DNA of 64,000 nucleotides from Camelus dromedarius. Lineage: Eukaryota. The position numbers and the translations under genes are program-made. Below are positions 38,465 through 51,049 of the stretch, piece by piece. The notes below the pieces were generated by a model that searched no databases, had not been told where the DNA came from, and saw only the letters and a program-made list of their open reading frames with translations. Each line of letters opens with the position of its first letter. Position 1 is the first letter of the stretch. The DNA lies in NCBI RefSeq assembly GCF_036321535.1, contig NC_087436.1:7316001-7380000 (forward strand). The letters are read 5' to 3'.

Positions 38465-39860
38465 AACTAACTCACGCATTCAGCAAGTAGGTTTTGAATA
38501 CCTCCCATGTGCTTGGTACACAAAACAGACATGAGTCACACTTTCACACGGAATAGTGGGGCAAAAAAGGGACCTTAAATGAACAACTTCACATTAATTT
38601 GTTATTTTTTATATATAGTATATGATTCCCTAAGGGGTCAAAACAGGGAAGCTGACTTAGCCTGTGATATTAAGAAATGCTTCCCTGAAGAAATGTAACT
38701 GAGTTGAAACCTATGAGTAGGAGACAGAGCCTTTTGGTTTTTCAATAACTTTATTTTAAGAGAGTTTAGAAGGGATTCATGGCTTCTAAGGAACATCTGG
38801 TTGCAGCGTGAAGAATGGTTTGGAAGGAAAAAGAAGAAATATAGAAGCACCAACGATGAGCTATTTAATCAGCCTAGGAACATGGTGATAGTGTATTCCA
38901 ACTAGGGCAGTGTCAATGGGGTTGGAAACACTCAAGAGAAATTTAGGATACAGAGTTGACAGAAAAGGGTGGGGAGAGGAGGATGGGAAGAAGCACTCAG
39001 CACACACATCCCTAAGGTAAGCAATCAAGCAACATGCTAGTGTATTGCTTGTTCTGCAACATATCAAGTAATACACATATAAATACAAATGGACAATTTT
39101 AAACAGGATATAGATGGAAACAACCATGTAGAAAATTTAAGTTTGCAGGGGAGACGGTAGAGCTCAGTGGGAGAGCACACGCTTAGCTTGCATGAGGTCC
39201 TAGGATCAATTCCCAGTACCTCCATCAAAATAAATAAGTAAATAAGTAAGTAAGTAAATAAATAAGATATCTGCTAAAAAAAGGAAAATTCAAGTTTGTT
39301 ACTACTGGAGTGTAAGGAGGAGTTGTGGGAAACAGATTTGGAGGTCAAGGCAGAGACCCCTTTGTGAGAGGTCTTGGGTGTCATGACAAGGAGCTTGGAT
39401 CTGATCCTATAACACAGCACACCAGAGCATGGCTTAGGGATTGGGTTAAGCAAGGAGGTCAAAATTTAGAACTCTCATGACAATGGAAATAGGCGAGGGG
39501 CCTTCCTGGAGAGAGGAATGAAGGAGATGTGCGAGGCACTGTACGTGAAGCAGCGTGAAGATACCGTAGGCTTGGAGGTGCTCTAGGTGCGCACCTGCGA
39601 GGAGTTCTCTGGAGCCCGTGTGGAGCTCAGAAGTGGTGGCTGAGGTCTCTCCAGAAGCTCAGGATATGGGATAAGGCCCAGAAGATTTGAAGAGTTCAAG
39701 AGATGCCCAATAGATGAGGTGGTGGGGGAATTGGATGAGACTGGGGGAAGAAGCACAATGACTTGTAAGTGTCCCAATGTCCCTCTTGGATGGGACCACC
39801 AACTCAGGTCTAGAATGGAGAAGGGCCAGTTGATGTAGAAGTGAGGGCATGAGTGAGAAT
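38465..39860 (-). mobile_element. L2 fragments interrupted by a SINE
   Basis: Antisense L2 3' end CATTCAGCAAGTAGGTTTTGAATACC plus downstream L2-like purine-rich motifs. Confidence 0.6.
39147..39283 (+). mobile_element. Camelid-type tRNA-derived SINE
   Basis: tRNA-like head and (TAAA/TAAG)n tail. TSD GAAAATT(T/C)AAGTTTG at 39131-39145 and 39284-39298. Confidence 0.92.
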
Positions 39861-40013
39861 TATGAGATGGCTCCCTCTCTCCTAATATCAACATCCTTTC
39901 ATTTAAACTCTTTCATGAAGGAAATATAATGTCATTGGGAATGTCTTTCATTTTGTGGCACATGTCAGAGTGAAGATGCAATCTATATCCTTGGAAATCA
40001 AGTGTAATTTCAA

Positions 40014-40149
40014 GGGGCAGGGTATAGCTCAGTGGCAGAGCGCATGCTTAGTATGCATAAGGTCCTGGGTTCAATCCCCAGCACCTCCCCTAAGAATAAA
40101 TTAATAAACGTAATTACCTCCCCCCACCAAAAAAATAAAAATAAAAACA
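40014..40149 (+). mobile_element. Camelid-type tRNA-Ala-derived SINE
   Basis: A-box TAGCTCAGTGG and B-box GGTTCAATCCC. TSD AAGTGT(A/G)ATTTCAA at 40000-40013 and 40150-40163. Confidence 0.94.
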
Positions 40150-40309
40150 AAGTGTGATTTCAATGTTGATTCCTGGTCCCCTAATGTGATATTTTATCAT
40201 GAATTCATGGATATATTTTCAATAGCATTTCTATAATTTCTGCATTGTCTAAGGAACCTGGTTCCTATTTGAGACACAAGTTTAAGAGCTTTACAGTGAC
40301 ACCCGGAAT

Positions 40310-40795
40310 TAGTTGTTTGTTGGAACCAGCTTGTACCACCTCACAGAGGACGGGTTGTCAGACTTTCAGGAAACTGGTGCGCCAATTGTTAACAACTCAG
40401 CCATTATTAAATTTTAAATTATTCAAGTTTATAATTATATTAAAAATAAAAAGTAATAAATATTCAAAACCCATCACTTCCTAATTATTTCATTACATTT
40501 TACTATCAACTCCTGAGGTTATTTACATCTATCACATCTGTAAGGTGGGAATTTTATATAATAATGTGTTACCGAACACCTCTTTCCGACTCCATTATCA
40601 GTGGTAGCACTTTGATGGCTTGAAATTGGCCGTGATAGGAGTGTCTACATTATGGAAATCAGCAAATGCTACAAATTCAGGCTTGATGGTTTGTTTTGTT
40701 CATTGAGTAAAATTTAGAAAACAATAGAGAGAAGGTTAATAATGCATACTGAACTCTAAAAGTGTGCATGTCTGTAGCCATGACATTGTAAAGAG
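40310..40795 (+). mobile_element. MER63-like (hAT-Blackjack) DNA transposon fragment
   Basis: TGGAACCAGCTTGTACC...CAGCCATTATTAAA...CATCACTTCCTAATTATTT...GCTTGAAATTGGCC matches my recollection of the MER63 consensus. Confidence 0.75.
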
Positions 40796-40799
40796 GGTA

Positions 40800-41148
40800 C
40801 TATAAGAACAATGTCATATAGTGGGTGGTTTATAAATGATAGAAATCTATTTTTTTTTACTGTTTCAGAGGCTGGAAAATCCTCCAAGATCAAGGTGCTG
40901 GCAAATCTGGTGCCTACTGAGAGCCTGCTCCCTGGTTCGTAGACCACCATCTTCTTGCTTCTGATCTAGTGGAGTGGCTGAGGGGGCTCTCTGGGGTCTC
41001 TTTTATGAGGGCACTAATCCCATTCAAGAGGGCTCCACCCCTATGACTTAATCAGCCTCTAAGGGCCCCACCTTTTAATACCATCACATTGAAAGTTAGG
41101 ATTTCAATTTATGAATTTTGGGAGGATATGAGCATTCAGTCTACAGCA
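40800..41148 (-). mobile_element. MaLR LTR (MLT1A0-like)
   Basis: GAGGCTGG...CCAAGATCAAGGTGCTGGCA...GGGCACTAATCCCATTCAAGAGGGCTCCACC...CATTCAGTCTACAGCA. Confidence 0.88.
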
Positions 41149-41149
41149 C

Positions 41150-42600
41150 TGTTTAAAAACTTTTATTATATTAATAACCCACAAGTAATTTTCTTCAAAA
41201 TATATTAAACATTATAGATAAGGCTAATTTATTTTCAACACTGTCTAGTTGTTACCTCTGTCCCTTCCTCGTGAGAGTTAACCAGTATTAAAATTCTCTG
41301 GGAAACACTCCAAAGCCTTGTAATGACTACAGCTATGTATGTTGATATGTATTCATAAAATACAATGCATTATTGTTTTATAATTATGTGTTTACACAAA
41401 AATGGTATCATATTGCATGTATTACGCCCTAATTTTTTACTCAACAGTATCTTGTTTTGACATACAGATTTCATTTGTTCCTTTGAGAAGCTGTATGACA
41501 CTTCATAATTGGGATACAATATGAATAATAAAAAAGTTTGTCATTCTTATTTATGCTATTTTTTTTGTTGTTAATAAAAAGGAACCGTTACTATACTTTC
41601 TTCTTTTTTGAGCACATGTCCAAGATTTTGTCTAGCATGAGTTCTTGAAATTAAACTTCTGGACCTCAAGATACATTTATTCTTAACTTCAATGGAAAAT
41701 GTCAAATTGTCTTCTAAAGTGCTTATTACCAGCTAGCATTCTACCAGGTTCACTGCAGTATGAGCTGGATATTTACAGAGTAAAGTTTTTGCCAGTGTGA
41801 GAGGGGAAATAGTAAGCTATTGTTTAAATTTTCATTTTTTTCCAATTACTAGTGATGTAACTTCCCTTTTCATGTGTTTATTGGTGATTTGCAGTTTCTT
41901 TTATATAAATTTCCCATTAATATTTTATTTAAAAATTTTAGTTACTTTTTGCTTGTTTATTTGTAGATATCTAGATACCACCTTTTATGTTATATATGTC
42001 ATTTTTTTATTCTGTATTTTTTTGTTTATGAATATTTTGTGCAGAATTTTAACATTCTGCTTTAATGGTTCTTGTTTTGAATAAAAAGGAATTTCCTGCT
42101 TTAGATACTTTTGGAACATAAATTTACTCATCAATGTTTATCCTAATACTTTAATTATTCCTTTTGTAAAGTTTATTTCCAAACAAATTGGAATTTATTT
42201 TTGTGAGTATTGTGAAATAAAGACTGTATTATTTTCCACAGAGAAGGTCTTTGATAACCATTTATATATATATATATTTTAGTATTACTGGCTTATCAGG
42301 TTTTTGACTTTATCTGAAGCCAGTTTTGGTACTTGATTATCTCAGAATAATATCTGTTCTGTTTTTGTTTTTAAGTTAATTCTTCTAGCATCTTAAGTTG
42401 AATGTTTATTTAATTTGTTTTCCACTTTGATTTAATACAAAAATAAGTAAAACCATAAATTTTCCTATGAGCAAATTTCTTACCTTGTTCCCAAATTATT
42501 GACATGTTAATTATAATTGTGATATATGTATCATTTTAATATTTATGTCCTATTTGTCTCAAGTATTTGTTGCCTTACATAAATGAAAGTTGGCTGGTGG
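41150..42600 (-). mobile_element. Ancient L1 (L1ME-like) fragments
   Basis: T-rich with degenerate motifs GTCAAATTGTCTTCTAAAGTG and CTTTTCATGTGTTTATTGG. Confidence 0.55.
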
Positions 42601-42854
42601 AATGAATGAACTGTGTAGTAAGTAGCCTGATCATCTACTTAATATCAATAAAGACAAAAATTTTTCTCCGTGTCCCACCATTTTGCATCAGCATCATCTT
42701 GATACTGTTTCTATTTTCTATTATAGCTAGATGCTTTCTTGTTCATATCCAGCAAGATAGAGTGAGACAACTTCTGTAACCATGGTATGTAAGTCCTTTC
42801 CTCCAGATTGGACCAACGTGGCCACAAGACCACTCCTGGGATAAAAGCAGGCAC

Positions 42855-43514
42855 CTTAAAACTAAAAATAGACTTACCATATGATCCAGCAACACCATTC
42901 CTGGGCATATATCCAGGGAAAACTAATTTGATACATGCATGCAGCCCAGTGTTCATAGCAGTGCTATTTACAATAGCCAGGACATGGAAACAACCTAAAT
43001 GTCCATCAACAGATGACTGGATAAAGAAGTTGTGGTATATTTTTACAATGGAATACTACTCAGCCATAAAAAGAATAAAACAATGCCATTTACTGCAACA
43101 TGGATGAACCTAGAGATTAACATATAAAGTGAAGTAAATCAGACAGAGAAAAACAAATATCATATGATATCACTTACATGTGGAATCTAAAAATGGCACA
43201 AATGAACTTATTTATGAAACAGAAACAGACTCACAGACATAGAAAATAAACTTATGGTTATCAAAGGGGAAAAGAGGAGGGAGGGATAAATTAGGAGTTT
43301 GGGATTAGCAGATACTAACTACTACATATAAAATAAATAAACAACAAAGACCTGCTGTATAGCACAGGGAACTATATTTAATTTCTTGCAATGAGCTATA
43401 ATGGAAAAGAATACAAAAATACGTGTATATAAAATATGAATGTGTATGTATAACTGAATTGCTTTGCTGTATACCTGAAACTAGCACTGTAAACCAACTA
43501 CATGTCAATTAAAA
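42855..43514 (+). mobile_element. 5'-truncated L1 (ORF2 C-terminus and 3'UTR)
   Basis: LKIDLPYDPATPFLGIYP...ARTWKQPKCPSTDDWIKK. Perfect TSD AAAAGCAGGCAC at 42843-42854 and 43515-43526. Confidence 0.95.
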
Positions 43515-45484
43515 AAAAGCAGGCACGAAAAGCCAGGATTTAGTGTTCTCAGACTAATCGGAATCCAACCTAAATTTGGAAATAGGGTCAGCTTTCCTCA
43601 AAACACAAATTTGTGAAAAGGTAGGGGAGAAACACAGTGATCCTGGGAGAAAGTGGAGGGAAAAAGATACTGGCCAGGAATCCATCTTCATCTTTTTCAT
43701 CAGTTTCTGTCTTTCATGTTGTTTTATGTGGGTTTTTAATTTTGTTATTAATGGTATGTAGGTGCCTTTTATATTAACAATAGATATTGAGCTGCAATAA
43801 ATGCTTAATTATTTTCCTTTATTTGATTTTAATTATTTTTTTAATATTTTAACCAGAAAAGTTTATAGTTTTATATAGTTATATCTATCAAATAGAATTT
43901 CTTCCAGTTTATTAATTTGTAGAAGTTTTTTTTCCACTAATAGATAGTTTCTTTATGAATGATGTCCATAAAAATTATTTTGGTGTGTTATATGAAATGA
44001 AGAACGCTTTTATTTTGTTTTCCAAATTGCTGATATGTTATCTGGTTTCATCTAATGATTAGTCCTTCCTTTAGCCACTGGATATTTCAAATGAGAACAG
44101 GGAGGTATTTAAAAATTTTTATATTCAGCGAGGATGCCACAAAATAATTTGTGATCTGTCGTGAAAGATGGTTCAGAACATTGGTGTTCAAAGTTGATTT
44201 TCTAGCTTTATGTGTAAGAAACCAAAAATATGCAGAGGACCTAATGAGTGCTCTCTGATTTCTATACAATATCTTATTTCATATTTATAAAAATTTGGGG
44301 GGGCTAGTTACCATTCTCATCTTATGGGTGAGAAAACCAAGAGGTTATCTGGAATCTTATAGCCAGTAAGTGAGGAAGCCAATTTCTGTCTCATTCTTTT
44401 TGGTAGTTGAGAAGTTCTCATTTGGTAAACAAGTATTATTTCATTTCCACGTCTCACCACCCAATCACCCCTGCAGGGTGAGGTATCCATGATAATTTTG
44501 TCTTCAAAATACACTGGAACAGACTGAGAGTTCAGTGATTCAGTACTTCTCAGACCACTGTTCAATCCAGCACTATAAGTGATTTTTACGCCTGGAAGGG
44601 GCTGAAGATTGTTTACTATTTATAGAAGGAAAACACAGCAGAAATGTGATCGTATTGGGTGTAGCTTTCACTTTGTTCCAAGGATAGGTACATCCCATCC
44701 CATGGAGTAGGTGAATATAAGCATATGTTATATGTTATTCTAAGAAAATAACAAATTCACTTTTGATATTTCTCTCTGTCTCTTTCAATGCAAATATCTG
44801 GCATATTCACATGATATAAGAGAATGTTAAACCTTTTTATAAGTCAATTGCCTGTTGATTCCAAGCTAGGGGTCACTAATATATGATGTGATTCCTCGAA
44901 TCCTAAAAGGCAGGAGCTCCGTGAAATCAATTTTAGGAGTTAATGTAAAGAGAAATCCTCTTTATTAAATGACTACAAGGCTTTCACCTAACAAATAATA
45001 AATAAAATGCGGAATTGACTGCATTACCGTTTTCGCTTGGTCTTTAGGGAAAGTTCAGAGCTAAATGCCAAGCTTCCTCTGCATTTGATTTCATGATTAC
45101 CACGTTTATTTCTACCTATATTTGATGGCTTAGAGTTTTATATGTATACTTTTTAACAGCCTTATAATAAATGTATCTTTTCTTATAAGCCAACTCAAAT
45201 TCAATTCGAGAGTCAGGGAAAAAAAAAGATATAAGTTAAAAATCATCAGATACAGTCTTCCTCCAAATGTTGGATTTACTAGACTACCAAAAAGCTAGGC
45301 TTTTCGTATTCCACCTTCTCATTGGTTTGCTTTGAAACAGGATGAAAAACTCTCGGGATGAGAGCCTTAGAAATTCAGTTAGCTAGACACTGAGACAGCA
45401 CAGACTATTCAAATTTCTGAGTGGACAATAACTTCAACATCCTGTTTAGAATAGAGCATGGATCTGGAATTGAATTTTTTAAAT

Positions 45485-45831
45485 TCCTTTTTTATTTGGG
45501 GGAGGTAATTAGGCTTATTTATTCACTTTTTTTTGGTTTAAATTTTTTTTTTTTTAATTGAAGTACCGTCAGTTACAATGTGTCAATTTCTGGTGTACAG
45601 CACAATGTCCCAGTCATGCATACACATACATAGATTTGTTTTCATATTCTTTTTCATTAAAGGTTATTACAAGGTATTGAATATAGTTCCCTGTGCTATA
45701 TAGCAGAAACTTTTTTTAAAATCTATTTTTATATATAGTGGCTAACATTTGCAAATAGAGGTATTGGGGATGGAACCCAGGAATTCATGCATGCTAAGCA
45801 TGCACTCTACCACTGAGCTCTACCCTCCCCC
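45485..45831 (-). mobile_element. Camelid-type SINE split by a nested L1 3' end (~45543-45755)
   Basis: SINE tail at 45485-45540 and head at 45756-45831 flank an L1 3'UTR with its poly(T) tract. Confidence 0.85.
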
Positions 45832-46364
45832 TGCAGCAGAGTTTTAAAATCTCTCTTTTATCCCATCTGACTCCTGCCAAAGAAACTTAAAACTAAAACT
45901 AAACTAAAGTCAGTTAAGCCAACAACATATGCAATGTACAGAAAACGCCGTCTTTCTCTGCATTACCTTGCTGGGGTTGACAACAGTGCTTTCATCTAAA
46001 ATACAATTTCATCTAGACTTTCTTGATTGCTGCCATTCCAGCCCCATCTCCCTGTGTGCCTAAACCACTCCAGGGACGCAAAACAAACAAACAAAACCAA
46101 AACCAACAACCTAACCTTAAGAGTACGGAACTACTTCCCCACCAGACTTTCGTGATTCTGACTAAGAAGAACACAGGGAGCCATCACTTAAATGACCATT
46201 AAAACTTGATCTTGAAAATAGATTCATCATGTAAGGATGTCATAGCATAACAGAATTACTGATAGAAAAATACATTTGGAGATACTTGACATACACAAGC
46301 ATAAGAACTTTCAGTTTTTTATTAAGAATATATGGGTTTAAATATATATGATGTGTTTCTTTTT

Positions 46365-46494
46365 TAAAAATTTTTTTGGCTTTTTGTTTTGGTTTGTTCT
46401 TTTGTTTGTTTTATTTAATGGAAGTACCATGGGTGGAACCCAGGACCTTGTGTATGCTAAGCACGTGCTCTACCACTGAGCTATACCCTCCCCC
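46365..46494 (-). mobile_element. Camelid-type tRNA-derived SINE
   Basis: GGAACCCAGGACCTTGTGTATGCTAAGCACGTGCTCTACCACTGAGCTATACCCTCCCC. Confidence 0.9.
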
Positions 46495-47589
46495 TGCCAT
46501 AAAATGTTCAGTCTTTTGATGGATTTGTGACAATAAATGTATCACAAATATTTTACAATTCATCCCTCAATTGAGATTTCTCATCCTGGCTTAGAAATGT
46601 CATCTTTGCTTAGGAACAAATAATTTTCAAAAATGTTCCTGGATAATGGAAACCGTTGTGTCTCTTAGGCCTTTAAAAAAACATATTATGGGTTCAAAGC
46701 ATCTCTTTCAATAACCGACACTGAGACCCTCTACCTGGAGAATTTGACGTCTTGACGTACCTTCTCCAGAAATAAGAGATGCCTTCTTTGTTTTCAGTTT
46801 GGTTAGAGTTTCTACAGTCTGTCAACTACCTTTTGTGGAGAAGGGAGCTATATTTGGAAGGAAGTCAGCAAACTTCAGACTGTAATTGTTTTCCCTGACA
46901 AAAATGCAGACTTCTGCTGAAGGCTTGACAGCTGTGGCTTGTCATGGAGAAGAATCTTCAACAGGAAAACAAAGGAGCATTTAACCCCATCATATATTAT
47001 GCTCTAGCACTGAGCATAATCTGTCCATCATTTAAAAACTGTGTACATAATTTTAAATAGCTCTACCAAGATGCAATAATATTAAGGTTTTTTTTTTCTT
47101 CCTGTTTGGCTTTTTTTAAATCATGAAAATGTTTTTCTTGTGGGAAAAGGGAACATTATTATGGATAGATCATTTTTCAGTATGTCAGGGTTACAAAAGA
47201 TTAGTTTTTCACTTTTTGTAGGTGTTTATTCCCAAGATGACACAGTGAATTTAGGCATTTTCATCATTTCTATAGTCAGTTAAAATAAAAACTCTATGGT
47301 TATGCTATTACTCCTGCAGACTAAAGTCCAGAATTATTTCTACAATTGTTCGTGACTCTTCGCTTCAAATGCAGGGATTTGTATTTTGACAAGAAGGTTA
47401 CCTACGAAGAGGGACCACAGTTCAAACTCTCTCAGTATAGTATCAGGAAGAAGAAATCTGAGCATTTTGGAAAATCAGAAGTCAGCGGCCTCTTGAATTG
47501 AGAAGTTGGTTTACATGGATTTTTGGACACATGTTCAGAAATCAGAATGTAGGTAAATAATTCTAGGTAAGAAAGGCTGCTTTCCTGGG

Positions 47590-47990
47590 ATCCACGTGTT
47601 GGAAAGCACGTCAGTTTCTCAAGAGGGTACCGTTGAAGTGCAGCAGAGACGGTCTCTTTTGGAAACTTCGCTTCGCCAGTCATTACATTGCGTTCTTTTT
47701 CTAAAACTGAAGTCAGTCCAACTTCAAAGTGTAGGAAACGCAAGCTCAATTCCTTCCGCCCTTCGCCCCACCCCAGTCACGTGACCAGCACTAGGGTTCT
47801 TACTTCGAGTCCTACGAGGCGGGAGGGCCCTCTGCGCCGTGGACCATCCCATCACTACCGTCGGCCGCGCTGCCACCACGCCTTGCGAGGCAGCGGCCTG
47901 CCGTGCTGGGAAAGGGTGGCCGCACCCGTCAGGGCTGAGCATCCTGGGACCGCAGCCCAGACGTCGCAGGGGGTCACAGAGCTATTTCTT
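47590..47990. promoter_or_regulatory. Small CpG-island-like promoter/enhancer with palindromic E-box, GC boxes and ETS motif
   Basis: About 30 CpGs in ~400 bp (hand count) in otherwise CpG-poor DNA. GTCACGTGAC at 47776-47785, CCGCCC at 47756-47761, CCCCACCCC at 47766-47774, CTTCCG at 47753-47758. Confidence 0.65.
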
Positions 47991-48349
47991 TTTTCTCTGA
48001 GCACTTGTGCACCTGAGGACCACAAGTGGGAAGGAAATGTTTTTCTCTTCCGGGGAACCCACCATCTTCCCTTCTTTTCCCAGCTACGGAAAGCTCCCTT
48101 GTTCTCATCTCTTCTTGTCTTTCTCTTTACTGTCTCCGAATTACTGAGCATAAGCTCACTGGGATTACCTCTGGAAAACAAACAAACAAACAAAAAACAA
48201 AATTAAAGAATCCTTCTGCTCTCATGAGGGTTTTTCTGCTTTTCAACCTGTAACTTAAGCCTATAGGTAAGGACACATTAAGGAGAGACCACTTTTCTGG
48301 GAAAGGGGGAAGGGAGGATCACACAAGAGATAAATAGAAATTAATACTC

Positions 48350-48730
48350 AGAGAGTGATCTTTCTAATTGTGTGAGTTTGGGCAAGCTATTTAAACTCCC
48401 TGGATCTAGGTTTTCTCATCTGTAAAATGGGATAATAATTATACCCACCCTGAAGATGAATATATGTACTACACTCAGAACCATGCCTAATGCATCACAT
48501 AGTTGTTAATATTCTTGTTCTTATTTTTGAGACAGCATAGCAGACTGCAGGAGAGCATCATCTTGTAAGGCAGACTGTATGAGTCTGTACCCATGAACCA
48601 TCTGAATCTGGGCAAATTTACTTGTCAAGGCTGTTGGTTTCCTTCTCTGTGTGATGATGGAGATAATAAACAAGCCAGCTTATAGATTTTGGGGGGTGTG
48701 AGGTGCTTGAAAAAGTGCCTTGCGCAAAGG
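48350..48730 (+). mobile_element. Two adjacent MIR SINEs
   Basis: TTGGGCAAGCTATTTAAAC...TTTTCTCATCTGTAAAATGGGATAATAAT and a second degenerate core at ~48610-48670. Confidence 0.7.
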
Positions 48731-48749
48731 ATTAAAAAAAAAATCTCTT

Positions 48750-48870
48750 GGGGGTAGGGTATAACTCGGTAGAGCACACGCTTAGCATGCACAATGTCCT
48801 GAGTTCCATCCCTAGTACCTCCACTAAAAAAAATATACATATACAATAAAATAAACTCTAATAATTAAAA
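48750..48870 (+). mobile_element. Camelid-type tRNA-derived SINE
   Basis: tRNA-like head and A-rich tail; approximate TSD AAAAAA(T)CTCTTG on both sides. Confidence 0.88.
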
Positions 48871-49345
48871 AAACTCTTGATGATTGTACCTACAGGCCCA
48901 CTAGTCTTAGACCAAATGTATATCATATATCACATATCAAGTGAGAATAACATAGCCTCAGTAAAACGCATCTTTTACATTACATGTATTAGTGAGCAAA
49001 GAATGATGAATCAGTGTGTTTTAGATGTCTTCTTAATTTGATAAAATGAGTTATGGTGCCAAAAATTAAAAAAAAAAATTGAAAATTAAAAAAAAATTTT
49101 AAGAATCATCCTGAGCTTTTGTCCTCTTGTATTGACTAAAAACACCACCACGACCATGACCTCCAACACCAGCAGCATCAGTAAACCTAAGGGCCAGGTA
49201 AGTCAGCACCATGGATGTAGTCAGACAAATTTTGGGGGCGAATGATCAAATTTTAATGAAGGATATGTCTAATCGAATGAAGTCAGAATCTGAGTGATAT
49301 TTTTTTCCAGAACGAGTGTTAGATGTTATACCCTTTAAAATGTTA

Positions 49346-49853
49346 GATGACTGAATAAAGAAGTTGTGGTCTATTTATACAATGGAATACTACTCAGCCA
49401 TAAAGAAGAATAAAATAATGCCATTTGCTGCAACATGGATGGACCTGGAGATCGTCATTCTAAGTGAAGTAAGCCAGAAAGAGAAAGAAAAATATCATAT
49501 GTTATTACTTATATGTGTAATCTTAAAAAAAAAAGACACAAATGAGCTTATTTACAAAATAGAAACAGATTCATAGACACAGAAAACAAACTTATGGTTA
49601 CCAGTTGTGGAAGGGGGTGGGAAGGGATAAATTGGGAACTTGAGATTTGCAGATACACACAACTATATATGAAATATATAAACAACAAATTCATACTGTA
49701 TAGCACAGGGAACTATATTTAATATCTTGTAGTAGCCTACACTGGAAAATAATATGAAAACAAATATCTGCATGTATATGTGTGACTGAAACATGGTGCT
49801 GTATGCCAGAAATTGACACAACATTGTAAATTGCCTATACTTCAATAAAAATT
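49346..49853 (+). mobile_element. 5'-truncated L1 3' end
   Basis: YTMEYYSAIKKNKIMPFAATWMDLEIVILSEVSQKEKEKYHM. TSD TTTAAAATGTTA at 49334-49345 and 49854-49865. Confidence 0.95.
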
Positions 49854-50691
49854 TTTAAAATGTTAACTTTTATTTTAGCTATAAAACATTTGGGAATTTT
49901 CATATAGTAGAGTTTTTGAAGACTTTTAAACACCAGTTTTTGCTCTTGTCCCCTTTCCTCACCAAGAATAACTCCTAACAAAGAAAACAAAATAGGGAGA
50001 ATAATTTCATGGTCTCTGGATTTTACAGAAATCTTTATAAAACAATTAAGCTTCCAATGAGCCATGGTTCCAAATACATCAGGAATAATGTGAAAAAAAA
50101 CAGCAAAATATGAAGGGTCTGAAATGTCTACTGTGACTCTAGCTATTTTTGACGTCCCATATGGTCACATCAAGTGTCTTCAATAAAGTATCTCAACCAT
50201 CAAAGCCAATTTGGCTCATGTGGTAGAGGGAACAAATCATATAGTTAGCAGACACTGGGAAAGACAAGAGTAGCATTGTCTGAGCAGCAGTTACAGGAAT
50301 GGAATCTGGTTGCTTATACCATTTCCAAGAAGTGATTCTGAATTGTTTAGGACAGGTTTTATGTAAGCATACGTTATCCACGTGAGTAAGATGAACATAC
50401 GGTGTTAAATAAGGGTAACATATACATGGGAAAATTTTTTTTCCCCCTAACAATTTAAGGTAATGTGTGTATGTGTATGGAAGAAAAAATTGCTGACTTA
50501 GCAATTCAAAGTATCTTTTTTGCTTTTTAAAGTTATATTCGACATCACTTTTTAATTCAGTGTTTTTTATACTTTAAGCAATTTTGTTCTGTACAATAGG
50601 CTTTCAACGTGTAAAAGAAACACATGGTAAACTGAAAAAAATCAAAATCTAGGAACAATAAAATAAGGCAAGATTAAAAATATTGTTGATA

Positions 50692-50832
50692 GATTCCACA
50701 TATAAGTGATATCATATGGTATTTTTTTTTCTCTTTCTGGCTTATTTCACTTAGAATGATCATCTACAGGACTATACTTCAATAAAAATACATATATACA
50801 AAAAAAATAAAATGGAGAAGTAAATTGATCTA
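50692..50832 (+). mobile_element. Tiny 5'-inverted (twin-primed) L1 insertion
   Basis: Antisense L1 piece at ~50690-50770 joined to the sense terminus GACTATACTTCAATAAAA plus A-tail. TSD AAAAAT(AT/CC)TGTTGATA at 50676-50691 and 50833-50848. Confidence 0.75.
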
Positions 50833-51049
50833 AAAAATCCTGTTGATAATGATCGCTTTTTAAAAATCAGTTAGAGAGATTATACTGTTTTTAATCTTTA
50901 TCCCAAATATCTACTTCTGCTTGACGAGCCATAGCCAGAGCTGAGAGAAGTTCCACTGACACATTTACACTAGGGGACTCCTTCCACGGTAACAGGGCGG
51001 GCGATCAGGAAACCTCGGTGGTATATCAAGTAAATCTGCCTTTCGCTCG

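Noticed and set aside
40014..40090. Apparent tRNA-Ala(AGC) gene (also at the seven other SINE copies)
   Set aside because: Most copies have TSDs, all have AT-rich tails and diverged stems. They are SINEs, not tRNA genes.
47688..48206. 172-aa ORF, the longest in the window, as a protein-coding gene
   Set aside because: Non-ATG start, lies over the GC-rich island where stops are scarce, ends in a microsatellite, and has no recognisable homology.
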